Origin: Desulfobacterales bacterium
GTDB lineage: Bacteria; Desulfobacterota; Desulfobacteria; Desulfobacterales; JAHEIW01
Assembly (NCBI GenBank): GCA_050116835.1
Contig: JASFNW010000003.1
Location: forward strand, 6,483 to 70,482
Direction: 5' to 3'
DNA length: 64,000 nt
The notes under the pieces are model-generated. The model was not told the origin of the DNA and did no database searches. It worked only from the letters and a program-made list of their open reading frames with translations. The translations under genes and the position numbers were made by a program. Positions 44,142 through 56,671 of this stretch are shown one piece after another (position 1 is the stretch's first letter; every line of letters begins with the position of its first letter).

Positions 44142-44969
44142 ATGAAAAAAGTATTGGTATTGAGTTTGGTGGCGCTCTTTGCCGCCGGGTTTATTTTCAG
44201 TACATCCGTGCTCGGCGCTGACATAGAGCTGGCCAAAAAATCGACGGTTGAAAAAATACTGAAAAGAGGTGAGCTGCGTGTCGGCTTTGAATCCGGCTAC
44301 ATTCCGTTTGAAATGACCGATAAAAAGGGAAATTTTATCGGTTTTGATATGGACTTCGCCCGCAGAATGGCCAAGGAAATGGGCGTCAAGTTCGTGCCGG
44401 TCAATACCGAATGGGACGGCATTATCCCGGCTTTGATGACCGACAAGTTCGACATCATCATGGGGGGCATGACCATCACTCAGGAAAGGAATTTGAAAAT
44501 CAATTTTTCCGATCCTTACATCGTTGTCGGCCAGACCATCCTATTGAACAAAAAACATGAAGGTAAGGTCAAATCCTACAAGGACCTCAACGATCCCAAA
44601 TACATCCTGACCTCCCGACTGGGCACCACCGGCGAGCAGGCCATAAAAAGATATATCCCCAAAGCCACCTACAAATCATTTCAGACCGAAGCCGACGCCG
44701 GTCTTGAAGTGATCAACGGCAAAGCCGATGCCCTCGTGTACGATTTGCCCTTCTGCGGGTATCTGTACGGCAGCCAGGGCAAAGGCAAGACGGTCTTTTT
44801 GGACGAACCGTTCACCTATGAACCCCTGGCCTGGGCCGTCAACAAAGGCGACCCGGATTTTCTCAACTGGCTCAATAACTTCTTGCGACAGACCAAGGGC
44901 GACGGATTCTATGACCGGCTCTATCAGAAGTGGATTATTGGATCAGACTGGAAAAAAGAGTTGGAATAA
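44142..44969 (+). CDS. amino-acid ABC transporter substrate-binding protein (family 3)
   Basis: Has a signal peptide MKKVLVLSLVALFAAG, and ATG 44142 follows an AAGGAGGAGG SD. The fold looks typical of polar amino-acid SBPs. Confidence 0.88.
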   Translation: MKKVLVLSLVALFAAGFIFSTSVLGADIELAKKSTVEKILKRGELRVGFESGYIPFEMTDKKGNFIGFDMDFARRMAKEMGVKFVPVNTEWDGIIPALMTDKFDIIMGGMTITQERNLKINFSDPYIVVGQTILLNKKHEGKVKSYKDLNDPKYILTSRLGTTGEQAIKRYIPKATYKSFQTEADAGLEVINGKADALVYDLPFCGYLYGSQGKGKTVFLDEPFTYEPLAWAVNKGDPDFLNWLNNFLRQTKGDGFYDRLYQKWIIGSDWKKELE

Positions 44970-45006
44970 TCGGCCGGAATCGACCCTTTCGTTTGCTGGA
45001 TAATGG

Positions 45007-45047
45007 AAAAGGCCGGCCGTTCCCCCGGGGGGCGACCGGCCTTTTTT
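45007..45047 (+). terminator. Rho-independent terminator or attenuator after the SBP gene
   Basis: AAAAGGCCGGCCG....CGACCGGCCTTTTTT. Confidence 0.7.
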
Positions 45048-45139
45048 GCAAACGGGCAATTTAAACTGAGCGCAGAAGATTTATCGGTTTTCATTGGGAA
45101 GATCTTCAGCCATAACCCTCCAGACCACCTATATACGCC

Positions 45140-46150
45140 ATGAAACCATCAAAACACCAGCGAATAGCCGCACGGCCCCAATCCTATTACTTGTGGGTGG
45201 GCGTCTTCTGTGTGTTTGCCGCGGTTGTCATCGGTCTGTTTTATTATGCCACCCAGAAAATCGAATACGTCTGGCGCTGGAACCGCGTGCCGATATACTT
45301 TGCCTACAAGGATACGATCGAAATCACATCGGAAATCGACGGTGATGTTGCCTCGATCACAAAAGAAGGCGAGACGGCCACCATTACGGTCAAAGGCCTG
45401 GATGAAACAGCCGCTTATGAAGTCCCGGCCGCCGGAGTCGAAGTCGACGATGGCGAGGTCATCTCCATTGGCGATCCGCTCGCATCCTATTCCGAATGGA
45501 AACCCGGTCTTCTGATCGTAGGGTTGTGGATTACGCTCAAGATCAGTATTCTGGCAACCATTTTTGGCGTCATCATCGGTATCATCGGCGGCCTGACGCG
45601 TCTTTCGGGAAACCCGGCGCTTAAATGGACCACCATGATCTATGTGGAAATCATTCGGGGTTCACCCTTGCTGGTTCAGATCCTGATCTGGTACTTTATC
45701 CTGGGTACGGTCATCAATGAACTGCTGGCCGCCTATGGCGTGGGGCGCATTCCGGCCTGGTGGTACGGGGTGGCGTCTTTGGCCTGTTTTGCAGGCGCTT
45801 ATGTCACCGAGATCGTCCGCGCCGGCATCCAATCGATTCATCGCGGCCAAATGGAAGCCGCGCGCTCGCTGGGAATGAGTTACGGCCAGGCCATGCGCTA
45901 TATCATCATGCCCCAGGCCTTACGCCGAATTTTACCCCCCCTGGCAGGCCAGTTTATCAGCCTCATCAAAGATTCTTCGCTGCTGGGCATCATTGCCATT
46001 CGGGAATTGACGAAAGCAGCCCGGGAGGCCGTGACGGCCAGCCTGCAGCCATTTGAAGTTTTTATGCTATGTGCCATACTGTATCTGGTATTAACGTTTA
46101 CCTTATCCATGCTCGTTCAACATCTTGAAAGAAGGATGGCCATCTCGTGA
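45140..46150 (+). CDS. amino-acid ABC transporter permease with ~120-aa N-terminal extension
   Basis: The C-terminal two thirds have a His/Glu/Gln/Arg permease pattern ([12 protein letters not shown], the EAA-like motif [22 protein letters not shown]). Confidence 0.85.
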   Translation: MKPSKHQRIAARPQSYYLWVGVFCVFAAVVIGLFYYATQKIEYVWRWNRVPIYFAYKDTIEITSEIDGDVASITKEGETATITVKGLDETAAYEVPAAGVEVDDGEVISIGDPLASYSEWKPGLLIVGLWITLKISILATIFGVIIGIIGGLTRLSGNPALKWTTMIYVEIIRGSPLLVQILIWYFILGTVINELLAAYGVGRIPAWWYGVASLACFAGAYVTEIVRAGIQSIHRGQMEAARSLGMSYGQAMRYIIMPQALRRILPPLAGQFISLIKDSSLLGIIAIRELTKAAREAVTASLQPFEVFMLCAILYLVLTFTLSMLVQHLERRMAIS

Positions 46151-46878
46151 TTGAAGTGCAACATGTCAATAAAACGTTTCATGTCCCCCACGAGGTCAAA
46201 GCCCTGGTGGATGTGTCAACCCAAATCAAAGCCGGGGATGTGGTGGTGGTCTGCGGGCCTTCCGGATCAGGGAAAAGTACGCTTCTCAGGTGCCTCAATC
46301 GTCTCGAGAAGGCCGACTCCGGTCACATTTATATCGACGGCGTCGATGTGCTCGATCACAAGACGAATATCAACAAGTTGCGCGCCGAAGTGGGGATGGT
46401 CTTTCAGTCCTTTAACCTTTTCCCGCATAAATCGGTATTTGACAACATTGTTCTGGCACAGAAAGTAGTTCGCAAACGCTCGACGGCAGAGGCCAGGGAA
46501 AAGGCCGATTTCCTGCTGAAAAAGGTCGGTATCCATGACAAATCCGGTGCCTTTCCGGATAATTTGTCCGGCGGTCAGCAGCAGCGGGTCGCCATTGCAC
46601 GTGCCCTGGCCATGGATCCCAAGGTCATGCTGTTTGACGAACCGACCTCGGCGCTGGATCCGGAAATGATCGGCGAAGTGCTGGATGTCATGAAAACGCT
46701 GGCCAAAGAGGGCATGACCATGGTGTGCGTGACCCATGAAATGGGTTTTGCCCGGGAGGTGGCTGATAGTGTAATTTTTATGGATGAAGGGGCCATCATC
46801 GAAGTCGGCACTCCCGAACACTTTTTCAAAAATCCCACCCATAAGCGCACCAAGCTATTTTTGAGTCAGATCCTTTGA
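46147..46878 (+). CDS. amino-acid ABC transporter ATP-binding protein
   Basis: Has Walker A (GPSGSGKST), the LSGGQQQR signature and Walker B ([11 protein letters not shown]). The GTG start overlaps the permease stop codon. Confidence 0.92.
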   Translation: MIEVQHVNKTFHVPHEVKALVDVSTQIKAGDVVVVCGPSGSGKSTLLRCLNRLEKADSGHIYIDGVDVLDHKTNINKLRAEVGMVFQSFNLFPHKSVFDNIVLAQKVVRKRSTAEAREKADFLLKKVGIHDKSGAFPDNLSGGQQQRVAIARALAMDPKVMLFDEPTSALDPEMIGEVLDVMKTLAKEGMTMVCVTHEMGFAREVADSVIFMDEGAIIEVGTPEHFFKNPTHKRTKLFLSQIL

Positions 46879-47002
46879 TTCGAATAATGCAATTCATCGC
46901 CGTTCTATAATTTAGATCTGCGGAATTTTTTGCTTGCACAAAAGAAATATACCACATCTTGTACCCAACCCACTAAATTTATACCTTAAGTTGTGTTTTT
47001 TC

Positions 47003-47031
47003 TTTACAAGCGCCCCACATCCTGATATGAT
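47003..47031 (+). promoter_or_regulatory. sigma70-like promoter (TTTACA-17 nt-TATGAT) with no CDS downstream
   Basis: TTTACA lies at 47003-47008 and TATGAT at 47026-47031. A terminator-like hairpin plus T7 run ends at 47123. Confidence 0.4.
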
Positions 47032-47254
47032 TTGTCAGTGAAAATCAAAACTGTTTTTTCCATCTTCTTGCAAGCCAAAATTTGCCTGAAAATGATATGG
47101 AAGGCAAACCTGAGGCTTTTTTTACCCCTATCGAGCGTAAACAAAATGAAAAACAGGGGTAGAACTAAAAATTATAGATCTTCTGTTCGGACTATAAAAC
47201 TGAACAGGTCTTATACAGTGGATTTGGTATTAAAAGGGATTTTTTCTATTTTGT

Positions 47255-47382
47255 TTACCCTTTGGGAAAGCCGATCTCACCCCATCTTCTGCGTTGCCAA
47301 GGGCCAGCGGTAGACAACTACAGCAAAGCCCTTGGACGCCTTGAAACTGGGGCAACCTCGGCTTTCGCTCAATTAGGGTTAA
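47255..47382. ncRNA. candidate rod-like structured RNA upstream of smc (strand undetermined)
   Basis: Long interrupted helix: ACCCT/AGGGT; GAAAGCCGA (47266-74) with TCGGCTTTC (47358-66); CCCCA/TGGGG; GCG..CCAAGGGC with GCCCTTGG.CGC; and an apical GTAG-ACAA-CTAC hairpin. No ORF is present. Confidence 0.35.
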
Positions 47383-47468
47383 AGATACAGAAACCCGTCT
47401 GCAATTCAACATCAGCTACCACCCATAGTGTGTTTATTTGGTAAAATGATCCGGGGAGATCTTGATAT

Positions 47469-50400
47469 ATGAAATTAAAAAAGCTTGAAATTACGGGATT
47501 CAAATCCTTTTATGATAAAGCCGGAATTGCTTTTCCACAAGGCGTTTCCGCTGTGGTCGGCCCCAATGGTTGTGGCAAGAGCAACATCATTGACGCATTG
47601 AGATGGGTCATGGGAGAGCAAAGTGTCAAGCAACTGCGGGGCAAAAAAATGGAAGATGTCATTTTTTCCGGGGCCAATGCCAAACCACCGCTAAACATGG
47701 CCGAAGTCTCGTTAACTCTGGCCAACGATAATGGAGATAGCCCCGAGGAGTTAAAAGACTTCACCGAAATCAACCTCACCCGCCGCCTCTATCGCTCCGG
47801 GGAAAGTGCTTATTTTCTTAACAAACAACCGTGCCGGTTGAAAGATATCCACAATGTCTTCTGGGGCAGCGGACTGGGCTCAAAATCATATGCCATTATC
47901 CAGCAGGGAAGGATCGGCGCCATCACCGATGCGAGCCCGGAAGAGCTTCGCTTCTTTATCGAAGAAGCCGCCGGCGTCACCCGCTATAAAAACCGCAAAG
48001 CAGAGGCCCTGCGCAAAATCGATGTTACCAAAAACAATTTATTGCGTGTAACAGACATTGTCCTGGAAATTAAGCGTCAGATGGCCAGCCTCAAACGTCA
48101 GGCCCGTAAAGCCGAAATTTACAATAATTACCGTATCCAGATTAAGGCTTTTGAGACCTTTCTTGGCCTGCATTACTACGATGATTATGCCCGCCAGATC
48201 CGGGAATCCGATACCCTCCTGCAGGAGCTGCAGGATCTGGATATCAGCCGTACCACCGAGATAAAAAAACTGGACGCCACAGTTGAAGAAATCAAGCTGA
48301 AGCGCTGGCAAAAAAATCAGGAAATATCAGAACAAAAATCAAATCAATACGAAACCCAGCGCAGTATCGACCGCACTGAAAATGACCGGCTCCATTTGCG
48401 CGGTGAAGTGAAAAGATTATCTGAAGAAATTTCGGAGTTAATCGCCATACGGGCTGAACTGGAACACAAAAATCAGGAGATGCTTTCTGAAATTGAACAG
48501 GTCAAAAGCGAAATGGCTGAAGTGAATGAAGAGATTGCCGCCAAAAAATCAACTATCAGCGCGGAAAAAATGGCCAGCGAAGGCATTGCCGACAAATTAG
48601 CGGCACTCAATCAAGATCAAGAATCCAACAAATCCCGCTTGATGGACTTGATCGCGCGGGAGGCACAGTACAAAAACATCTACCAGACCACAATCCATAA
48701 TAAGGAAAGTTTGCAAAAACGCCTGTCAGGGGTTGAAGAGGAAGAGAATCAGGCCCGCGAACAAATCCAAAGTGCCCGCAAGCAAGAGGAAACTGCCGGC
48801 CAACAGCTGACGACGATAAAAGACGGCATACAGGGTCTGGAAGAGCAGATCGCCTCGGCCGGCAGCCAGCTGGCGCAAAAAAACAACGCCCTTGGCAAGC
48901 AGGTCAAATTGACCCAGACGCTCGAGCTGGAACGCAACACCGTTAAATCCAATTTAAACACCCTCAAGAAAATGGCCGACGATTTTGAGTGGTATCGCGA
49001 CGGTGTCAAGGCGATCATGAAGTCCCGCAACACCGATGAGCCTGCCATCAGCGCGAACACATCTAATAAGATCATCGGACTTATGGCAGATATTATCGAG
49101 GCCAACCCGACATTCGAAGCAGCTGTGGAGGCGGTTCTGGGTGATGCGCTTCAATACATCATCGTTCAGGACCAGGATGCCGGCCTCGAAGCCATTCATT
49201 ATTTGCAAGCTCGCCAGGCCGGACGAAGCGGATTCATCCCGCTTTCCGCTTTGGAACCGGCCGACAAGCTTCAGACGGATGCGCCCGTGTCCGGCTCGCT
49301 GCTATTTGATCAGATTACGGTGAAGCCCGGTTATGAAGCCATTGTCAGGACCCTTCTCGGTCATGTGGTTTTTACAGATGACATGACCGATGCCATCGAG
49401 ATGTATAATCGCAACGGCACATCCAAGACGATTGTTACCAAAAATGGTGATGTCATTACGCCGCAGGGTTTTCTGGTTGGCGGCAGCAAAGATAAACTCA
49501 ACGGCATTCTGGCCAAAAAACAAGAGCTCAAAGCGCTAAAGCGACAGTCCATTAAACTCGACCAGAAACTGGAAGATGCCCGCTCGGATCAGAACCGATT
49601 GGAATCAGAGGCGCGCCAGCTTGAAATTCAGCTGCAAAAACTCACAGAACAAAAAAATGACGCCGTCAAAAAGGAAATTGAAGCCGAAAAAGAACTGGTG
49701 CGCGCGTCCGAAGAGCTTAAAAATGCCGAGCGCCACTTTGAAATCGTGATGCTCGAAAAAGAAAAACTGCAGGGTGAAGCCAGTGATGTCGACGCTGAAA
49801 TGACCAAATACAATACAGCCCTGAACGATCTGTCCGCTGAGGTCCAAGCGGCTCAAAATAAAGTTTCCCATCTTTCGGCTTCTATCAGCACGGTGTCCGC
49901 AGAATTGGAACAATACCAGCAGAAGGTGGTTGACCTTCAATTGCAACTCACGGCGTTGGATGCAAAATTGGAAAATGCCAACAACAGTTTGCGGCGATTA
50001 AATGAATTTCATAATGACAGCCTGAACAGGCTCAAACAGCTTGGACAGGAAATTCGCACCAAGCAACAAAAGAAAGAAAGCGCTGAACAACACATAACCG
50101 AATTCGATCAAAAACTCTCCGAGATGTATAAAATGATGGAAGCCCTCGATCAGTCGCTAAAGGCCAATGAGGCGCATTACGAGTCCATTGACGGGCAACT
50201 TCAGGAAAGTGACAACAAAATATCGAAGATAAAAAGCGAACGTGAACAGATTCTGGAAAAAGTCAGGCTGTTGGAGCTGGAACAATCTGAACGCAAAATC
50301 AAAAAAGAAAATGTTGCCAGTCGGTTGGAAGAAAAATATCGGACATCGTTTACGGCCTTAAGGGAAGGGTTCAAACAGGATTCAGAAGCCCTCGAACTGA

Positions 50401-51077
50401 CTGATGGGAAAACCATCGAACAGATAGAAACGGAGCTGGAAACCGTTCAGAACAAAATAGAGCGAATTGTCGATGTGAATTTAGGCGCCATCAGAGAATA
50501 CGAGCAGTTGAAGGACCGTTACGATTTTCTGATAGAACAACGCGATGATTTGGAGCGTGCCATTGAAGATCTGCACAAGGTGATCAAGAAAATTAATGCG
50601 ATCACGCAAAAACGCTTCCTGAAGACGTTTGATCTCATCAATGAAAAATTAAAGGAAGTCTTTCCCAAGCTTTTTGGCGGCGGTCAGGCCGTGCTGATCT
50701 TAAAGGAACCCCACCTGCCTTTGGAGACCGGTGTGGAATTTATGGTCCACCCGCCGGGTAAAAAACTGACCCGCTTGAGCCTTCTTTCGGGCGGTGAAAA
50801 GGCTATGGCGGCAATTGCATTTATATTTTCAATCTTTCTGATCAAACCGGCTGCTTTTTGTCTTCTGGATGAAATCGATGCCCCTCTGGATGACGCCAAT
50901 GTCTACCGGTTCAATGAATTGCTAAAAATTATTGGCGAAAAATCACAAATTGTTATGATTACGCACAATAAGCGCAGCATGGAATTTGCCGATACATTGT
51001 TCGGAATTACCATGGAAGAAAAGGGAATCTCAAAGGTTGTCTCCGTTAATTTTGAAACCGCGCAATCTGCTAACTAA
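47469..51077 (+). CDS. smc: chromosome segregation protein SMC
   Basis: 1202 aa with an N-terminal GPNGCGKSN motif, long coiled coils, a hinge and a C-terminal LSGGEK...LDEIDAPLD motif. Confidence 0.95.
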   Translation: MKLKKLEITGFKSFYDKAGIAFPQGVSAVVGPNGCGKSNIIDALRWVMGEQSVKQLRGKKMEDVIFSGANAKPPLNMAEVSLTLANDNGDSPEELKDFTEINLTRRLYRSGESAYFLNKQPCRLKDIHNVFWGSGLGSKSYAIIQQGRIGAITDASPEELRFFIEEAAGVTRYKNRKAEALRKIDVTKNNLLRVTDIVLEIKRQMASLKRQARKAEIYNNYRIQIKAFETFLGLHYYDDYARQIRESDTLLQELQDLDISRTTEIKKLDATVEEIKLKRWQKNQEISEQKSNQYETQRSIDRTENDRLHLRGEVKRLSEEISELIAIRAELEHKNQEMLSEIEQVKSEMAEVNEEIAAKKSTISAEKMASEGIADKLAALNQDQESNKSRLMDLIAREAQYKNIYQTTIHNKESLQKRLSGVEEEENQAREQIQSARKQEETAGQQLTTIKDGIQGLEEQIASAGSQLAQKNNALGKQVKLTQTLELERNTVKSNLNTLKKMADDFEWYRDGVKAIMKSRNTDEPAISANTSNKIIGLMADIIEANPTFEAAVEAVLGDALQYIIVQDQDAGLEAIHYLQARQAGRSGFIPLSALEPADKLQTDAPVSGSLLFDQITVKPGYEAIVRTLLGHVVFTDDMTDAIEMYNRNGTSKTIVTKNGDVITPQGFLVGGSKDKLNGILAKKQELKALKRQSIKLDQKLEDARSDQNRLESEARQLEIQLQKLTEQKNDAVKKEIEAEKELVRASEELKNAERHFEIVMLEKEKLQGEASDVDAEMTKYNTALNDLSAEVQAAQNKVSHLSASISTVSAELEQYQQKVVDLQLQLTALDAKLENANNSLRRLNEFHNDSLNRLKQLGQEIRTKQQKKESAEQHITEFDQKLSEMYKMMEALDQSLKANEAHYESIDGQLQESDNKISKIKSEREQILEKVRLLELEQSERKIKKENVASRLEEKYRTSFTALREGFKQDSEALELTDGKTIEQIETELETVQNKIERIVDVNLGAIREYEQLKDRYDFLIEQRDDLERAIEDLHKVIKKINAITQKRFLKTFDLINEKLKEVFPKLFGGGQAVLILKEPHLPLETGVEFMVHPPGKKLTRLSLLSGGEKAMAAIAFIFSIFLIKPAAFCLLDEIDAPLDDANVYRFNELLKIIGEKSQIVMITHNKRSMEFADTLFGITMEEKGISKVVSVNFETAQSAN

Positions 51078-51121
51078 ATTCAGAGGCCCGACACCAGCTC
51101 TCTTTGAAATCAAGATCAGAT

Positions 51122-52129
51122 ATGATTTTTCGCAAATCAAAAAAAAACAAGCCGGATACCGAAACGTCTTTAACAGAGCTATCTGAAAATGGCACTGAAG
51201 ACCCGCAGGAGCAAACGGCAGCGGAGCCGCCCGGCGGCTATTTTCAGCGACTGAAGGAACGACTCGCAAAGACTCGCAAAACGTTTTCCGGTGGTTTTGA
51301 TAAGATTTTTTCGCACAAACAAAAGATAGATGAAGAACTTCTGGAAGAGCTCGAGGAATTGTTGATTACATCGGATATCGGCGTCCAGACTGCGTTGACA
51401 CTTGTGGAAAAAATCGCATCCTCGAAAATCTCCGATGTAGATGAAATCAAATACTTGCTAAAAGCTGAGATATTGTCCATTCTTGCGCCTCAGACAACAA
51501 AATCAGCCGAAACCTTGGCCTCCCCACGGGTCATCATGGTGGTCGGGGTCAACGGCACCGGTAAAACAACCACAATTGGCAAACTGGCTGCACGCGCCGC
51601 TCAATCCGGTCAAAAGGTCATGATCGGCGCTGCGGATACATTTCGCGCGGCTGCGATCGATCAACTTATGATTTGGGCTGAACGTGCTAAGGCGGATATC
51701 GTCAAACATCAGGAGATGGCCGATCCCGCAGCGGTTGCCTACGATGCGGTGGAGGCGGCAAAAGCCCGCGGCGCCGACCTGGTACTCATTGATACCGCCG
51801 GACGATTGCATACCAAAGTAAATTTAATGGAAGAATTAAAAAAAATAAAACGCGCCATTTCCAAGACCATACCGGACGCACCCCATGAAGTGTTGCTTAT
51901 TTTGGACGCCACCACCGGCCAGAATGCGATATCGCAGGCCGAATTATTCAATGATGCCCTTGGTGTTACGGGCCTGGCCCTGACCAAGCTTGATGGCACC
52001 GCCAAAGGCGGCATCGTTATCAGCATATGCAATAGTCTGAAAATACCCTTAAAATATATCGGTATCGGCGAACAAATTGATGATTTACAAAGATTTGATG
52101 CCGCCAAATTTGTGGATGCCTTAATTTAA
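51122..52129 (+). CDS. ftsY: signal recognition particle receptor FtsY
   Basis: Has an acidic N-terminus followed by an NG domain (GVNGTGKTTT, DTAGR, TKLDG). ATG 51122 was chosen as the start. Confidence 0.92.
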   Translation: MIFRKSKKNKPDTETSLTELSENGTEDPQEQTAAEPPGGYFQRLKERLAKTRKTFSGGFDKIFSHKQKIDEELLEELEELLITSDIGVQTALTLVEKIASSKISDVDEIKYLLKAEILSILAPQTTKSAETLASPRVIMVVGVNGTGKTTTIGKLAARAAQSGQKVMIGAADTFRAAAIDQLMIWAERAKADIVKHQEMADPAAVAYDAVEAAKARGADLVLIDTAGRLHTKVNLMEELKKIKRAISKTIPDAPHEVLLILDATTGQNAISQAELFNDALGVTGLALTKLDGTAKGGIVISICNSLKIPLKYIGIGEQIDDLQRFDAAKFVDALI

Positions 52130-52384
52130 GATTGGCTTTTGACCGTCATGGATGAACGAATTTTAAAAGCTGTCAAAGCCTGGAATCGGGAAAAATTTGA
52201 TAGTTATCACTCTGTAAATGCTACTATGCAGCCGTTCAGCGGAGATTATTTTAAAAAAAGTGTTGTAAAATGTAGATTTCTGTTGACATCGATTTTATCT
52301 TTCTATATGGAAACAGGCAAATAGGCGATCGGTTCATATTCACCATAACACAAGATCGACAAAACTAGAAGGGGGTAAAGCATT

Positions 52385-52657
52385 ATGACAAAGGCAGAAC
52401 TTGTAGAAAAAGCAGCCAAGGACGCAAAAATTTCAAAAGTTGCAGCTGCAGCTGCGCTCAACTCGTTTATGGATGGTGTGACCAAAGCACTGAAGAAAAA
52501 GAACGGCAAGGTTACGCTGGTCGGCTTCGGTACTTTTCAGAAAGTGCGCCGTAAAGCCCGCAAGGGACGTAATCCGCAAACCGGCGCGCCGATCAAAATT
52601 AAAGCCACCAATGTGGTTAAATTCCGACCCGGCAAAAAACTCAGAGACGCCGTTTAA
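52385..52657 (+). CDS. hup: HU family DNA-binding protein (second paralog)
   Basis: 90 aa that is colinear with ORF 272..544. An AAGGGGG SD lies upstream and a strong terminator follows. Confidence 0.93.
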   Translation: MTKAELVEKAAKDAKISKVAAAAALNSFMDGVTKALKKKNGKVTLVGFGTFQKVRRKARKGRNPQTGAPIKIKATNVVKFRPGKKLRDAV

Positions 52658-52671
52658 GCCAATCCGAAGAG

Positions 52672-52711
52672 AAAACGGGCGATCTATGCCAAGCATAGAT
52701 CGCCCGTTTTG
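52672..52711 (+). terminator. Rho-independent terminator after the second hup
   Basis: AAAACGGGCGATCTATGC-CAA-GCATAGATCGCCCGTTTT. Confidence 0.85.
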
Positions 52712-52770
52712 TTTACAGAAGCTGCCTTAAAAATGCATTTCGCATTGCTGCTGCATGCATCAAAAATGTC

Positions 52771-52955
52771 CAAAGGGCATGTTTCTTTCTGAAAGGCGAT
52801 ATGCGGATAACAACCCACAAAGTGCCCAGTGGCCCGATATTTAGGATGATCTGCACCTAAGCCATTGGGTTATGAACCACTGCAAATCGAATCCCAAATA
52901 TCGGGCCACCGGTAATTTGCCAATCATATCGCCTTGAAGAAAATGACATGCCCGG
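52771..52955. repeat. head-to-head pair of the ~90-nt MITE-like repeat
   Basis: 52771-52861 is a reverse-complement copy of 36284-36375. 52891-52955 is a direct partial copy (ATCCCAAATATCGGGCCACCGG...ATCATATCGCCTTGAAGAAAATGACATGCCC). Confidence 0.65.
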
Positions 52956-52987
52956 TACTTCTTTATGTACATCTTTCAATACGATCT

Positions 52988-53269
52988 TCAGTAAGTGATA
53001 TCAAAGCGTTTAAAATCTCCGGCAAAATCCTGCCAGTTCAGGTCCACATTTTCGACAACCGCCAGATTGGGGCCTTCCTGGCACCATTGCAGAACGGCAT
53101 CAACAGATTCCTGCCCACCTTCAAACACGGCTTCGACTGTGCCGTCAGGCCGATTTCGGACCCAGCCCACAACGCCGAACTGCTCCGCTGCACGTTGCGT
53201 TTCCACCCGAAAAAAAACGCCCTGAACCCTTCCGGATATGATGACATGGGCGCGTACCTGTTCTTCCAT
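52988..53269 (-). CDS. acyP: acylphosphatase
   Basis: 93 aa with the V.G.VQGV.FR motif. ATG 53269 follows a GGGGAGGG SD. Confidence 0.85.
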   Translation of the reverse strand: MEEQVRAHVIISGRVQGVFFRVETQRAAEQFGVVGWVRNRPDGTVEAVFEGGQESVDAVLQWCQEGPNLAVVENVDLNWQDFAGDFKRFDITY

Positions 53270-53377
53270 GCGGCCCTCCCCGTGTGTCGCGCAGCATCGC
53301 GCCTGCGCGAAGGTTAACTCACTCATTGAAAATGGGTTGCCCAATGTCGCCCGTCCAAAGCGGGTTCGCCCATTTCC

Positions 53378-56127
<2,750 letters not shown>

Positions 56128-56261
56128 CTATTACAGGTCGTCTGACAAATTATTCCGAACAGAAAAGGTCTTTTGGTCAGTTATTCGTTAATTGCTATTG
56201 GTTATTTGGTTTTGCACCAATGATCGAAATGTCGTAACCAATAACTGATAACCAATAACAA

Positions 56262-56516
56262 TCATTGCGGTTTGTGCAATGATGTCAGCTCCTCTTTGAC
56301 CTCATCGATGATATCGTACAACCACATCAGATCCTCTATGGTCAGCCGGCCGGCTTTTACCGGCGCTCTTTCGGTTCCGTCCTTTTTTAATAAAATTCGC
56401 GGTCCGATTTGAACCTTCGGCTCGCTTTCACCATATTGATTGATAGAAACCACCAAGCCGGTTTCATCACATTTCCACTTCTTTAATACCACATCTTTTC
56501 CCGGATCATACGGCAT
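56262..56516 (-). CDS. hypothetical small protein (84 aa; possibly YdbC/PC4-like fold)
   Basis: ATG 56516 follows a GGAGGT SD. The resemblance to bacterial PC4-like ssDNA-binding proteins is weak and from memory only. Confidence 0.5.
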   Translation of the reverse strand: MPYDPGKDVVLKKWKCDETGLVVSINQYGESEPKVQIGPRILLKKDGTERAPVKAGRLTIEDLMWLYDIIDEVKEELTSLHKPQ

Positions 56517-56590
56517 AGCTACCTCCAATCAGATAGAACATTTTTCATCCTAATCGCGAAATTGCAGAATATCGGCATTTTCTTTTTTTT

Positions 56591-56671
56591 ACCACGAAAA
56601 CACGAAAGCAAAAAAGCACGAAATTTATTTGGTCTGCTTTTCGTGATTTCGTTCTTTCGTGCTCTCGTGGT
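56591..56671. repeat. palindromic CACGAAA-rich element
   Basis: ACCACGAAAACACGAAAGCAAAAAAGCACGAAAT pairs with ATTTCGTTCTTTCGTGCTCTCGTGGT. Related motifs occur at 20891-20903, 15484-15555 and 16401-16465. Confidence 0.6.

Noticed and set aside
47032-47313. 93-aa + strand ORF and other short ORFs in the 46879-47468 gap.
   Set aside because: None has an SD. The start lies inside the predicted -10/transcription-start region, the composition is AT-rich and low-complexity, and the region is better explained by RNA structures.
52934-53317. 127-aa + strand ORF opposite acyP.
   Set aside because: It starts inside the MITE-like repeat and is antisense to a clear acylphosphatase ORF that has an SD.
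56591-56671. Possible CRISPR array or tandem repeat (CACGAAA units).
   Set aside because: The units are only about 7 nt long, degenerate and arranged as one palindrome. There are no 25-40-nt direct repeats with unique spacers and no cas genes.
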